From an uncultured delta proteobacterium (GTDB taxonomy: Bacteria; Myxococcota; Myxococcia; Myxococcales; Myxococcaceae): a DNA stretch of 64,000 nt. Made by a program: the position numbers and the translations under genes. The notes under the pieces are model-generated. The model saw only the letters and a list, made by a program, of their open reading frames with translations, was not told the origin of the DNA and did not search any database. The stretch spans positions 176,787-240,786 of the forward strand of contig CAWCKH010000002.1 of assembly GCA_963796055.1 (NCBI GenBank), written 5' to 3'. Of the stretch, positions 63,038 through 64,000 are shown piece by piece; the stretch's first letter is position 1; every line of letters starts with the position of its first letter.

Positions 63038-64000
63038 CGCGGGCTAGAGGGAGGCGCTGTCACCTCTTACTCGCCGACAGCCGTACGTGGCGGAGCGCGC
63101 AGTCGAGCGGGCTCGCCCCAGAGCCGGCGGCAATCGCGTCCTGCGGACACGGCTTCCGAACCGGTGGTTCCAACGCTGCGTGCGCCGTGACGCGCCCGAC
63201 CGCCAACCCCCGGACGACCGCAGTCATCCGAGCTTCCTCTTCAGCATCACAGGCGCACGAGTGAGCGGGGCCGTGGACCGCGCTCCACATGACTGGAACG
63301 CGCGTGCAGCAGCGCGGATCCGCCGTGGTCTCCTGGTGCACCGGCTGCACGAGGGCCTGCGGCGGTGGCGCGGCGGGCGGGGGCGGCTGGGAACGGGGGA
63401 GCCCGGGAATCGTTCTCGGGCAAGAGGGAAAGCGGGCGCTCGGGGCAGTCGAGCATGCGGGCCGCTGGCGGCGGCGAGATGCCGTTCGCGGGCCAGGCAC
63501 GCCACACGGAGCGTCACGTCCCGCACCTTCTTCACCGAGCCGGGTGAAACATGCCGCTCTCCCGGAGGAACTCCAGAAACTAGTGCCCGACGTGGATTGT
63601 GCGAGTGCCTTACCGGCGTCCCGGAGCGCTTCGTCCCCCGCTGGGCCTTCAGACTGCGAGCTGCAATTGGGGCGGGGCCTGAGCGCGGGGGGGGGGGGGC
63701 CGGCCGGCCGCCCGCCTGCCAGTTAGCAGGCAGCGTTTGCGTCCGGAGGGGTCCATCTAACTTGTTGGGTGCCAATCTCTGCTTGGCCAGGGGCAACCAT
63801 TACCGCGTGTCAGCTATAGCGAAAACGGAGGAGATAATTTGGAGTCGAAGTACGGTAAATCGTCGGTAGGTGCTGCCGTTCCACCCGGGCACGATCCGGT
63901 CGACGGTGATCGTCGACTCGTTGAGCGTGACGCCGCAGCGGTAATAGGAGAAAGCGTACGAGGCCGCGAGCACGGGCGGGGCGCACCTCTGGTCACCTTC

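Noticed and set aside
63752..63772. attC/attI-like ATCTAAC-TT-GTTGGGT
   Set aside because: Spacing is too short for either site, and there is no integron integrase.
63800..64000. 3' end of a minus-strand gene entering from the right
   Set aside because: Open for 66 codons but with no recognisable feature; cannot be supported without flanking sequence.

Overview
High-GC accessory region with no core-genome content, probably from a Myxococcota (Anaeromyxobacter-like) genome. That taxonomic call is inferred from a sigma54-preceded RpoH-type sigma factor, the lipoprotein styles and the integrase types. The window reads as a tandem accretion of integrative elements at tRNA-fMet. It has three minus-strand tRNA-fMet 3' fragments (17.5, 36.2 and 50.9 kb), two paralogous xis-int tyrosine-integrase modules, an integrase 3' remnant, a large serine-recombinase remnant and a shared GGACAC-N5-GGACAC arm-like motif. 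Cargo blocks are: a copper module (CopB-type ATPase, cytochrome c, SHOCT, Spy/CpxP); surface lipoproteins paired with wHTH-TPR regulators; a stress block (Hsp20, BON, HdeD, PsiE, PRC, TrxB-like, proteases); three cytochrome P460-family genes; a Mo-oxidoreductase triad; and decayed pgi/fbaA/glucosidase genes. It also holds an intact IS3, several IS3/IS21 scars, and six IS91-like 3' remnants, five of which keep a conserved terminus. Many genes carry single-base frameshifts or nonsense codons, from decay or sequencing error. All family calls come from motif recognition by eye, not from database searches.
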